A stretch of DNA of 32,000 bases from Methanococcus maripaludis (lineage in GTDB: Archaea > AGJL01 > Methanococci > Methanococcales > Methanococcaceae), in contig NZ_CP026606.1 in NCBI RefSeq assembly GCF_002945325.1, forward strand, positions 1,380,001 through 1,412,000. The letters are read 5' to 3'. The translations under genes were made by a program, and so were the position numbers. Numbering within the stretch: position 1 is the first letter of the stretch; each line of letters opens with the position of its first letter. The notes beneath the pieces were generated by a model. That model was not told the DNA's origin, searched no databases, and saw only the letters and a program-made list of their open reading frames with translations. Below, piece by piece: positions 19,535 to 28,192 of the stretch.

Positions 19535-19780
19535 ATGGTTTTTGAAGGAAAGTTTATAATTACTACTGCAGATGACATTCCCGGACTCGGGCTGTACTAT
19601 ATGGGCATAGTCTCTGCAGAATCTGATAACGTAGACGCTATCGTTGAATCTTTAAAAGAAAAGGTACTTGCTAAAGGCGGTATGGGATTAGTTGCTTTTA
19701 GAATTACTCACGCAGATGGTAAATATTTGGGATACGGTACTGCAGTTAAAGCAGACGAAGGTCAGTTTACAATGGCATAA
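19535..19780 (+). CDS. Small conserved protein, possibly YbjQ/heavy-metal-binding-fold-like
   Basis: MVFEGKFIITTADDIPGLGLYYMGIVSAESDNVDAIVESLKEKVLAKGGMGLVAFRITHADGKYLGYGTAVKADEGQFTMA; ATG 19535 preceded by GAGGTGT (track ORF starts at 19505). Similarity to YbjQ is weak and judged by eye. Confidence 0.7.
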   Translation: MVFEGKFIITTADDIPGLGLYYMGIVSAESDNVDAIVESLKEKVLAKGGMGLVAFRITHADGKYLGYGTAVKADEGQFTMA

Positions 19781-19952
19781 TCTTAATTTTCTACTTTTAT
19801 TTTATTTTTAAAGATGCAGTTACTAAAAATTTCAACCACTTGATGTTAATTACTACTAATTAACAAAAATTATTATTTAATTTCTATAAATTACCCTTTT
19901 TTTGGACTATAACGCAGTATTTAACCTTTATGATATCGTTCCAACCGATAAC

Positions 19953-19964
19953 TATAATATATAC
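19953..19964 (+). promoter_or_regulatory. Candidate TATA box for fdhC
   Basis: tataatatatac about 60-70 nt upstream of ATG 20025. Confidence 0.4.
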
Positions 19965-20024
19965 TACATACATATGTGGTGTTAGTACCCCACAAGACCA
20001 CAATATTCACATGGAGGTAATATC

Positions 20025-20849
20025 ATGGATGTAAACCCACCTGACAAAATGGTGGAACTTGCAGGAAATGCAGGCCAAGTAAAAGGAAACCTTAGTCCAA
20101 GCCAACTTCTTGTCAGAGGAGTTATGGGCGGTGCTTACATTGCAATGGGTGGTGGACTTGCTACCGTTGTAGGAACAGGAATTGGTGCAGCAATGGGTGC
20201 TGGTTTAGGTAAATTCATGGCAGCCGCAGTATTCCCCGTAGGGCTGATCTTGATTATCTTAACCGGAATGGAGCTAGTTACTGGAGATATGATGTTATTA
20301 CCAGTGGCAGTTTTCCAGAGAAAGGCGTCATATGCACAGTTAATAAAAGTATGGATTTATGTTTACATTGGTAACCTCATTGGTTCCTTAATATATGCTT
20401 CAATGATGGCATTTGGCCCATTGAGATCATTTGATTCAGCGACTGGCGCAGCTAGCGTAAATGCATTTGGTCAATCAGCAATAAACACTGCACAAGCTAA
20501 AGTTTTACCTTACATGGCAGCAGGATCCATGGGTTGGCTTGCAGCACTTGTTAAAGGTATTGGTTGTAACTGGTTAGTTAACCTTGCAGTTATAGGTTCA
20601 ATGGCTTCAACAAGTATCCTCGGTAAGTTCTTCATGATTTGGTTCCCAATCATGGCGTTCGTTGCAACAGGATTTGAGCACTGTGTGGCAAACATGTACT
20701 TTATTCCAACAGGAATGATGCTTGGTGCAACCGTGAGTGTTGCAGACTGGTGGCTTTGGAATATCATTCCAGTAACCATCGGAAACATTATCGGTGCAGT
20801 AGTATTCGTAGCAATGATATACCAATTCGCATACGGTAAAAAAATCTAA
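20025..20849 (+). CDS. fdhC: Formate transporter, FNT/FocA family
   Basis: LSPSQLLVRGVMGGAYIAMGGGLATVVG, LIILTGMELVTGDMMLLPVAV, IGCNWLVNLAVIGSMAS, FEHCVANMYFIPTGM; strong GGAGG RBS. Confidence 0.95.
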   Translation: MDVNPPDKMVELAGNAGQVKGNLSPSQLLVRGVMGGAYIAMGGGLATVVGTGIGAAMGAGLGKFMAAAVFPVGLILIILTGMELVTGDMMLLPVAVFQRKASYAQLIKVWIYVYIGNLIGSLIYASMMAFGPLRSFDSATGAASVNAFGQSAINTAQAKVLPYMAAGSMGWLAALVKGIGCNWLVNLAVIGSMASTSILGKFFMIWFPIMAFVATGFEHCVANMYFIPTGMMLGATVSVADWWLWNIIPVTIGNIIGAVVFVAMIYQFAYGKKI

Positions 20850-20886
20850 AGATGAAGACTACTAACTTCATCTTTTTGGTGTTAAA

Positions 20887-21420
20887 ATGCAGTTAAACGT
20901 ATCTCTAAGTGATCTAAAAAGACATGCGAAAACCACGCCTTCAGCATTTATTTCGCTGATGATATGCTTGGTATTTACCGCATGGTCACTTTATATCAGT
21001 AGAAATATTTGGATATTAATAATGGCAATTCCATTTATCTTAGGTTTAACATTAATTCCGATTAAAATTTCACAAATGAATAAAGAATTATCTGATCAAC
21101 TTCTCCCCGAATACATACATTACGCAGATGAATACAATATATCGGAAATAAATAAAGATACTTTAAACCAGAGAGTTAAAATCGTAGGAAAATTGGATAA
21201 AATAATATACGGAATATCTACAAAACCAACGATTCGAATTAAGGATGATACTGGAGAGATATTCTCCAACTTAATTTCCCCAGTTCCGGAAGGAATAAAA
21301 AAAGGAGATATTATAGAACTCTATGGGGTTGTAGCTAAACACTACAAATTTTTCGGAATAATGGGTATTCCAAACCTTTGGAAGCCTAAAATATATGGAA
21401 TCGGTGTCCGAAAAATCTAA
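20887..21420 (+). CDS. Hypothetical membrane protein with C-terminal OB-fold-like domain
   Basis: Two hydrophobic helices (FISLMICLVFTAWSLYIS, WILIMAIPFILGLTLIPI), then LNQRVKIVGKLDKIIYGISTKPTIRIKDDTGEIFSNLISPVPEGIKKGDIIELYGVVAKHY with OB-fold-like spacing. Confidence 0.8.
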   Translation: MQLNVSLSDLKRHAKTTPSAFISLMICLVFTAWSLYISRNIWILIMAIPFILGLTLIPIKISQMNKELSDQLLPEYIHYADEYNISEINKDTLNQRVKIVGKLDKIIYGISTKPTIRIKDDTGEIFSNLISPVPEGIKKGDIIELYGVVAKHYKFFGIMGIPNLWKPKIYGIGVRKI

Positions 21421-21440
21421 AAATACATGGAGGTTATAAC

Positions 21441-21893
21441 TTGGGAGAAAATGCAAAACCAAAGAAGAAACTCGCAATTGTGACCTGCATGGATACAAGA
21501 CTCGTCAACTTTCTTTCAGAAAAGCTCGGAATAGCTCAAGGTGACGCGAAAGTAATCAAAAATGCAGGAAATATTATAACAGAAGATGTAATCAGGTCTT
21601 TAGTAGTTGCAGTATATCTGCTCGGTGTTGAAGACATTATGATTATTGGCCATACCGATTGTGGAATGGCAGCTGCTGACTTTGAAACAGTCAAGAAAAA
21701 AATGGTAGAAAGGGGTGCAAATCCAAATTTCACACCAGATTTTGAAGCATGGCTTGGCAGAATGTACTGCGAAGAAACCAATGTTAAAGAAGGTGTCGAT
21801 CTTTTGAGAAACCACCCTGCAATGCCCAAAGATATCACCATCGATGGGTATGTAATGGACATAGAAACAGGAGATTTAGTAAAAATAGCCTAA
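21441..21893 (+). CDS. Beta-class carbonic anhydrase (Cab-like)
   Basis: LAIVTCMDTRLVNFLSEKLG, VIKNAGNIITEDVIRSLVVAVYLLGVEDIMIIGHTDCGMA carries the Cys-Asp/Arg and His-x-x-Cys zinc-site motifs. Confidence 0.93.
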   Translation: MGENAKPKKKLAIVTCMDTRLVNFLSEKLGIAQGDAKVIKNAGNIITEDVIRSLVVAVYLLGVEDIMIIGHTDCGMAAADFETVKKKMVERGANPNFTPDFEAWLGRMYCEETNVKEGVDLLRNHPAMPKDITIDGYVMDIETGDLVKIA

Positions 21894-22107
21894 AAAGGGT
21901 AATGTGGATGATGCTTGACCAGCGGACACATCCCGTATCTAACCCATTAGAGTTTAACTAGCCAAATTAGCCAAATAGTTCAGATAAACTAGCCTAACTT
22001 TATCTGCCTACAATAATATACTTAACTATATCTACCATTTTTTGTATTTTAATTTATTCATTTAATCTTATCCGTCATATCATAATTAAAAATAATAGCA
22101 CAAATTT

Positions 22108-22141
22108 GAATGGTGTGAACCGGTTTTTTGGAACATCATTC
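22108..22141 (+). promoter_or_regulatory. Archaeal SECIS element in the 5' leader of fdhA
   Basis: 5'-GAAUGGUGU GAA CCGG UUUU UUGG A ACAUCAUUC-3': 9-bp lower stem (one G-U), asymmetric GAA/A internal loop, short upper stem CCGG/UUGG, small apical loop. This matches the archaeal SECIS architecture and lies 53 nt upstream of the fdhA start. Confidence 0.88.
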
Positions 22142-22193
22142 TTTAATTGAACCAAACCTTGCCATTTTATAATTATAAAATGGTGATCGAAAT

Positions 22194-24218
22194 ATGGAAT
22201 TAGACTTCATTCATACGATTTGCCCATATTGCGGAACAGGCTGCGGTGTGGACCTCGTAGTAAAGGATGGAACACTTGTTGGGACCAATCCTTTTAAAAG
22301 ACACCCTGTAAATGAGGGAAAAACCTGTATTAAAGGTAGTTATTGTCACGAATTTGTACACCGTGATGATAGGTTGAAAACTCCATTGATTCGAAAAAAT
22401 GGAGAATTGGTGGAAGCATCATGGGATGAAGCATTAGAACTGATTTCTGGTAAATTACAAAATTATTCCCCTGAAGAAGTCGGATTCTTTTCATCTGCAA
22501 GATGTACCAATGAAGACAACTATGTATTTCAAAAATTTGCAAGAACAGTAATAAAAACTAATAATGTTGATCACTGTGCGAGACTTTGACACTCGGCAAC
22601 TGTGGTCGGTTTAGGGCAAGCCTTTGGTTCAGGTGCTATGACAAATTCAATTTCTGATATAGAAGATGCAGACTGTATATTCATAATTGGTTCAAATACG
22701 TTTGAACAACACCCTTTGATTGCGAGAAGAGTCGTTCGCGCAAAAGAAAAAGGAACTAAAATAATTGTAATAGATCCAAGATACACGCCAACTGCAAAAC
22801 AGGCTGATTTGTACTTACAGTTATTACCTGGTACAAATATTGCAGTGTTAAACGCAATAATGCATGTACTCGTAAAAGAAAATCTTGTTGATGAAGAATT
22901 CATCAAAAACAGGACAAAAGGATACGAAGAACTTAAACAAACGCTTGAAACCTATACTCCTGAGTATGCGTCAAAGTTGTCAGGCGTATCTCCGGAATTA
23001 ATTGTTGAAGCTGCTAAAATGTATGGTAGTGCAAATGCAGCATCAATACTTTACTGCATGGGTATAACGCAATTCACAACCGGTGTAAACAACGTAAAAT
23101 CTTGCTGTAACTTGGCAATGATTACCGGAAATATTGGAAAACCAGGAACTGGTGTGAACCCATTAAGGGGTCAGAATAACGTTCAAGGAGCATGTGACAT
23201 GGGAGCACTTCCAAACGTATTCCCTGGATATCAGGCAGTTCCTGCAAACCATGAAAAATATGCAGAAGCATGGAATACCTGTGTTGATCCAAATGTTGGT
23301 CTTTCGATTCCAGACATGCTTGCAAAAGCTGGAGAACAGGTTAAATGTATCTATGTAATGGGAGAAAACCCAATGGTTTCAGACCCTGACATTCACCACG
23401 TAGAACATGCATTGAAAAGTCTTGATTTATTGATAGTTCAGGATATTTTCTTAACTGAAACTGCACAGGTTGCAGATGTAGTTTTACCTGGAGCTTCATG
23501 GGCTGAGAAGGATGGAACTTTCTCAAACACTGAAAGAAGAATCCAAAAAATCAATAAAGCAGTAGATTCTCCTGGTGAAGCAATTGCTGACTGGAAAATC
23601 GTAAAAATGCTTGCTGAAAAAATGGGTCAAGGAGAATTATTCAACTTTAACACTGCTGAAGAAGTATTCCAAGAAATTGCAAAAGTAACGCCTCAGTATG
23701 CAGGTGTAACTTACGAAAGACTTGGTGTAGATGGACTCCACTGGCCTTGCAAAACTTGTGAAGACCCCGGAACTCCAATTCTCCACTGTGAAAAGTGTTT
23801 AACTCCTGATGGACTTGGAAATATCTTTGCAATAGACTATGCAGACCCTGACGAAATGGCAGATTCGGAATATCCAATGACTCTGACAACAGGTAGGATC
23901 ATTTTCCACTACCACACAGGAACAATGACCAGAAGAAGTAAGCATATGGCTGATGAAATAAACGAAGGATTTGTTGAAATTCATCCGGAAGATGCTGAAA
24001 AGATGGGAATTAAAAACAAACAGAAAGTCAAAGTTTCAACCCGAAGGGGCGAAGTCGTTGTAAATGCGAAAATAACACCAAATATCAAACAAGGTGTTGT
24101 ATTTATGCCGTTCCACTTTGCAGAAACTGCAGCTAACATCTTAACAAATCCTGCTCAGGATCCAAACTGTAAAATCCCAGAATACAAGGTATGTGCTGCA
24201 AAGGTGGAAAAAATATAA
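22194..24218 (+). CDS. fdhA: Formate dehydrogenase alpha subunit, selenoprotein (Sec encoded by UGA at 22587-22589)
   Basis: N-terminal Fe-S motif [14 protein letters not shown]; ORFs 22194..22589 and 22602..24218 are in the same frame, joined as [31 protein letters not shown], the canonical Sec site of molybdopterin formate dehydrogenases; continues with [17 protein letters not shown] and a C-terminal molybdopterin-dinucleotide region. Confidence 0.96.
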
Positions 24219-24253
24219 TTTTCCCAAAATCGGGATTTTAAACGAGGGATATC

Positions 24254-25417
24254 ATGAGCAATGAAATGTATTATGTACAGGCTTCTGACCCGGCAATACT
24301 CGAAAAAGGAGAATGTGGTGGTGCAGTTACTGCACTCTTCAAATATCTTTTAGACAAGGGTATTGTTGACGGTGTTTTAGCTTTGAAAAAAGGTGTTGAT
24401 GTATATGACGCAATTCCAACGTTTGTTACATCTTCAGAAGATTTGTTGAGTACTGCAGGTTCTCTACACTGCGCCCCTACAATGTGGGGCGGAATTATAA
24501 AAGAATACTTACAAGATGCAAAAATTGCAGTTCCGGTAAAACCTTGCGACATGAGGGCAATTGTTGAACTTGCAAAAAGAGCACAGATTAATCTTGACAA
24601 CGTCTACATGATTGGATTGAATTGCGGTGGAACAGTTCCTCCAAAAACCGCAATGGAAATGATAAAATTATTCTACGAAGTAGATCCAAAAGACGTTGTA
24701 AAAGAAGAAATCGATAAGGGTAAGTTTATAATCGTCATGAAAGACGGAACCCACAAAGAAGTTAAAATGCACGATCTCGAAGACAACGGCTACGGAAGAA
24801 GAGTAAACTGTCAGAGATGTGATGAAAAAATCCCCCGAAAAGCAGATATTGCTGCTGGAAACTGGGGTGTAATTGGAGAAGATGCTGGAAAATATACCTT
24901 CATGGAAGTATGCACTGAAAAAGGTAAGCAGTTACTTGAAAGTGCAGAAAAAGATGGATATATTAAGAAAAAAGCTCCAAATCCAAAAGGACTTGAAATA
25001 AGGGCAAAAGTAGAAAGCTCAATGTTAAAAATGGGCGAAGACTACAAGAGAAAATGGCTCGAAGAAGAATATCCATCAATTGAAGAGTGGAATAGACAGT
25101 GGAATAAGTGTATAAAATGCTACGGCTGTAGGGATGTATGTCCAGTATGTTTCTGTAGGGATTGTGCACTTACTGCTGACTACGTTGACACAGGATCAAT
25201 ACCGCCTGATCCAATAATGTTCCAGGGCGTTAGAATGTCTCACATGGCATTTAGCTGTGTAAACTGTGGCCAGTGTGAAGATGTATGCCCTATGGAAATT
25301 CCAGTTGCAAGAATATTCCACAAAATTCAGGAAAAAACAAGAAAAGAGCTTGGATACAGACCAGGTGTTGACGATGAAGCACCACCTGCACTTGGAGGGT
25401 CATGCCCAACTCAATAA
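24254..25417 (+). CDS. fdhB: Formate dehydrogenase beta subunit (F420-reducing, Fe-S)
   Basis: VQASDPAILEKGECGGAVTALFKYLLDKGIVDGVLALKKG (FrhB/FdhB family), CIKCYGCRDVCPVCFCRDC, CVNCGQCEDVCPMEIPVARIFHKIQ; 35 nt after fdhA. Confidence 0.95.
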   Translation: MSNEMYYVQASDPAILEKGECGGAVTALFKYLLDKGIVDGVLALKKGVDVYDAIPTFVTSSEDLLSTAGSLHCAPTMWGGIIKEYLQDAKIAVPVKPCDMRAIVELAKRAQINLDNVYMIGLNCGGTVPPKTAMEMIKLFYEVDPKDVVKEEIDKGKFIIVMKDGTHKEVKMHDLEDNGYGRRVNCQRCDEKIPRKADIAAGNWGVIGEDAGKYTFMEVCTEKGKQLLESAEKDGYIKKKAPNPKGLEIRAKVESSMLKMGEDYKRKWLEEEYPSIEEWNRQWNKCIKCYGCRDVCPVCFCRDCALTADYVDTGSIPPDPIMFQGVRMSHMAFSCVNCGQCEDVCPMEIPVARIFHKIQEKTRKELGYRPGVDDEAPPALGGSCPTQ

Positions 25418-25429
25418 ATTATTTATTAA

Positions 25430-26821
25430 TTATTTATTTTTTAATTTTTTTAGTTCTGAAACATAACCTACAAAAGCACCTGCTGAAATTGTATCCCCAA
25501 GTCCAACGGTACTTTTTGGGTTCTCAACGATTCTTGAAGGAACTAAAATAATTTTGTAACCCTCTAATTCTTTTTCTTTTGAAATGTTTTCAACTATCTC
25601 TTTTAGTAACTCGCCGTGTTTATTATGGGGTATTTTAAGACCGGTTTTTAAATCATCGATACATGAAATCTGTCCGAGAGCGGCTTTTGTTGATGCTAAA
25701 ACTGTTGCAAATTCGAGGGTTTTTTCCAAAGATTCGTCACTTAAAATGCCTCCCTTTTTACAGAGATACATTATGTAGTACATTGTATGTACCTGCATTC
25801 CTTCTAAATTGTACTTTTCAAGAAGTATTTTTGAAGCTTTTAGCACATCTTCGATTTTACTGTATTTTAAAATTCCTTCACTTAATTCTTCATATCCTAA
25901 AACATGAATTATGTTTGCAATTTCAGTTTCATCCATCCCAACACAGTCGACTTCGGGTAAAATTGATTCTGCAATTTTTTTTCTCATTTCGGTGTTTTGA
26001 ATCGATGCAAATTCAAAATGTACTTTTAAGTCTTTATTTTCTTTTTTTAACGATTTTATATCTTCTTTAACTTTATTTAAGTAGTATTCTGAAGTTTTTC
26101 CATCAGAATACTCTTCTTTAATCGCTTGAACCCCTGAAATTATTGCACAATCGACTAATTTTCCAATTTCTGGCACATGGTTTTTTAATTCATCCTTTAT
26201 TTCAATTCGTAAATTTTCCGGGCGAGATGCAACGATAAATCGGTTACTTTGAGGAGTTATAATTTTTTTGTCCTGTAAATAAAATTCAATATCTTCTTTG
26301 TACTCAAAAATCCGATTTATTTTAAGTTCATCGTTTTTAAAAGATTCAATTGGTTTTTTTAAAACCAGTTTTCCATTCGTAATATTTGGAAATACTAAAT
26401 TTTCATTATTTTCAAACATTTCAGCCTGTTTTTTTGCCAAAATTGGAGAATAAAAAATTATTTTTTTTAAATTTAAAATTGAGAGTAAATTTGAGATTAT
26501 TCCTACCTGCCCCCCTATTCTTTCTTCATTGTAGTTTAGGCTGTTTAAAAAAGTATCAATTTCTAAATTATTTTTCAAGGGAACTTCTGCAGGTTTTCCA
26601 GATTTCATCGCATGAATTAACCTTGCAACAAAATCTATCGGTTTTTCAATTGTTCGAGGGTACTCTTCAATTTTCATTTTAATTTCTGAATCGCTAAAAT
26701 TTTCTTTTAATTCTTCAATATCTGAAAGATCTGCCAGATATTTTAATGCATCGACATTTACATTATATGCTAAAAAAATAGAAACGTTTGAAAAGTCTTT
26801 AAAATGATTAATCAGTTCCAT
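25430..26821 (-). CDS. pfkC: ADP-dependent phosphofructokinase/glucokinase
   Basis: VSIFLAYNVNVDALKYL, RIGGQVGIISNLLSILNLKKIIFYSP, CAIISGVQAIKE, GMDETEIANIIHVLG, STVGLGDTISAGAFVGYVSEL. Confidence 0.93.
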   Translation of the reverse strand: MELINHFKDFSNVSIFLAYNVNVDALKYLADLSDIEELKENFSDSEIKMKIEEYPRTIEKPIDFVARLIHAMKSGKPAEVPLKNNLEIDTFLNSLNYNEERIGGQVGIISNLLSILNLKKIIFYSPILAKKQAEMFENNENLVFPNITNGKLVLKKPIESFKNDELKINRIFEYKEDIEFYLQDKKIITPQSNRFIVASRPENLRIEIKDELKNHVPEIGKLVDCAIISGVQAIKEEYSDGKTSEYYLNKVKEDIKSLKKENKDLKVHFEFASIQNTEMRKKIAESILPEVDCVGMDETEIANIIHVLGYEELSEGILKYSKIEDVLKASKILLEKYNLEGMQVHTMYYIMYLCKKGGILSDESLEKTLEFATVLASTKAALGQISCIDDLKTGLKIPHNKHGELLKEIVENISKEKELEGYKIILVPSRIVENPKSTVGLGDTISAGAFVGYVSELKKLKNK

Positions 26822-26844
26822 ATCTACCCCCTCTCAAAATAAAA

Positions 26845-28161
26845 TTATTTGGAAGTTATAATATATTTTCCATTTATGTATTTTTTTTCATAATCAATTT
26901 TTGAACCTGTTAAACATTCATGAGCTATCTTTTTTCCATATTCAACTGCAGGCTGGTCAAATGCATTAATCCCGTAAAGTTCTCCAGAAATCGCAGTCTG
27001 CATTTCGTACATCAAGAAAAGTTTTCCCATGGTGATTTCATTTAATTCTGAAAGTGTAATCTTTACATTTGGAATATCATTATGTTTCATCGAGTTTTCA
27101 GTTCCAACTAGTTCTGAAGTAATTACTTCGGATAAATTATGGCCTGAAAGATGGTGGTCATATTCGTACTCAATTTTCAAGTCATTTCTATATTTATTTA
27201 CTTTTAAAAATGTCGCGATTTTATCATCCGGGCCGTCCATATAGAGTTGTAGTTGGGAATGCTGGCTTGTTGCACCAACTGCAATAACTGGAGTCTGTCC
27301 AAAACCATTTTTTCCAAGACTTTCAGCCCAGAGCTGTCCGTACCACATTCCAAAACTTCTAAGTCGTTCAATATAGGGCATCATTACTGAAACAGTTTTT
27401 CCTCGGTTGTACATAAGTTTATGAATTACTGCATTCATTAAAGCTGGATTTTTGAAAATATCTTCGCATTTGCAAGATTTTTCTATACTTTTAGCACCAT
27501 CAATTAATTTTTTGATATCTACATTAGTACATGAAAGTGGAGCAATCCCAACTGATGATAGAACAGAAAATCTTCCTCCTACATTTTCTGGAACTTCAAA
27601 ATGAATGTATTTTTCTTTTTTCGTAATTTTTTCAAGTTCCCCGCCGCTCGTAATCGAAACAACATGTTTTTCCAAATCAATGTTTTTCTTTTTCATTAAA
27701 GTTCTAACTATAAAGAAATTTGCGAGGGTTTCAACGGTATTTCCCGATTTACTTATGACAAATACGAGGGTTTTTTCCAAATCAATGTTTGATAAAATAT
27801 CATGGGTTTTTTCAGGGTCAGAATTGTCCATATAGTATATTCTTGGAATTTCGTACCTTGATGTGAAATTTCCAAGTATTCCTGTTTCAGCAGCCCTTAA
27901 ACCTAAATTTGATCCACCTATTCCAATAATAAGAATATTTTCAAAGTTTTTGGAGTACTCATTTAATTCGTAATATTTATCTAAATTATCATTCAAAACA
28001 TCTAAAAATCCAAATTCCCCATTAAGTTCTTTTTCTTTTAAATTTTCAATAATTTTTGAAGATTCATTGTTAAATGATTCTAATTCTACATTATTAATTC
28101 CCAAATTGCCCAAAGTTTCTTCCATTACATTATCGTATTTGAAGGATAGTTCCCCGTTCAT
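26845..28161 (-). CDS. pgi: Glucose-6-phosphate isomerase
   Basis: ILIIGIGGSNLGLRAAETGILG, VFVISKSGNTVETLANF, GGRFSVLSSVGIAPL, GQLWAESLGKNG, QPAVEYGKKIAHECL. Confidence 0.95.
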   Translation of the reverse strand: MNGELSFKYDNVMEETLGNLGINNVELESFNNESSKIIENLKEKELNGEFGFLDVLNDNLDKYYELNEYSKNFENILIIGIGGSNLGLRAAETGILGNFTSRYEIPRIYYMDNSDPEKTHDILSNIDLEKTLVFVISKSGNTVETLANFFIVRTLMKKKNIDLEKHVVSITSGGELEKITKKEKYIHFEVPENVGGRFSVLSSVGIAPLSCTNVDIKKLIDGAKSIEKSCKCEDIFKNPALMNAVIHKLMYNRGKTVSVMMPYIERLRSFGMWYGQLWAESLGKNGFGQTPVIAVGATSQHSQLQLYMDGPDDKIATFLKVNKYRNDLKIEYEYDHHLSGHNLSEVITSELVGTENSMKHNDIPNVKITLSELNEITMGKLFLMYEMQTAISGELYGINAFDQPAVEYGKKIAHECLTGSKIDYEKKYINGKYIITSK

Positions 28162-28192
28162 CGTACTCCTCCCGAAAAATAGTTATGGTTAT

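Noticed and set aside
22194-22589. Apparent truncated formate dehydrogenase fragment (possible pseudogene)
   Set aside because: The stop is a UGA in the known Sec position, the downstream ORF continues in the same frame, and a SECIS-like hairpin is present
24219-24253. Hairpin TCCC-aaaatc-GGGA between fdhA and fdhB as a 3' SECIS
   Set aside because: Only a 4-bp stem without the required GAA/A internal loop
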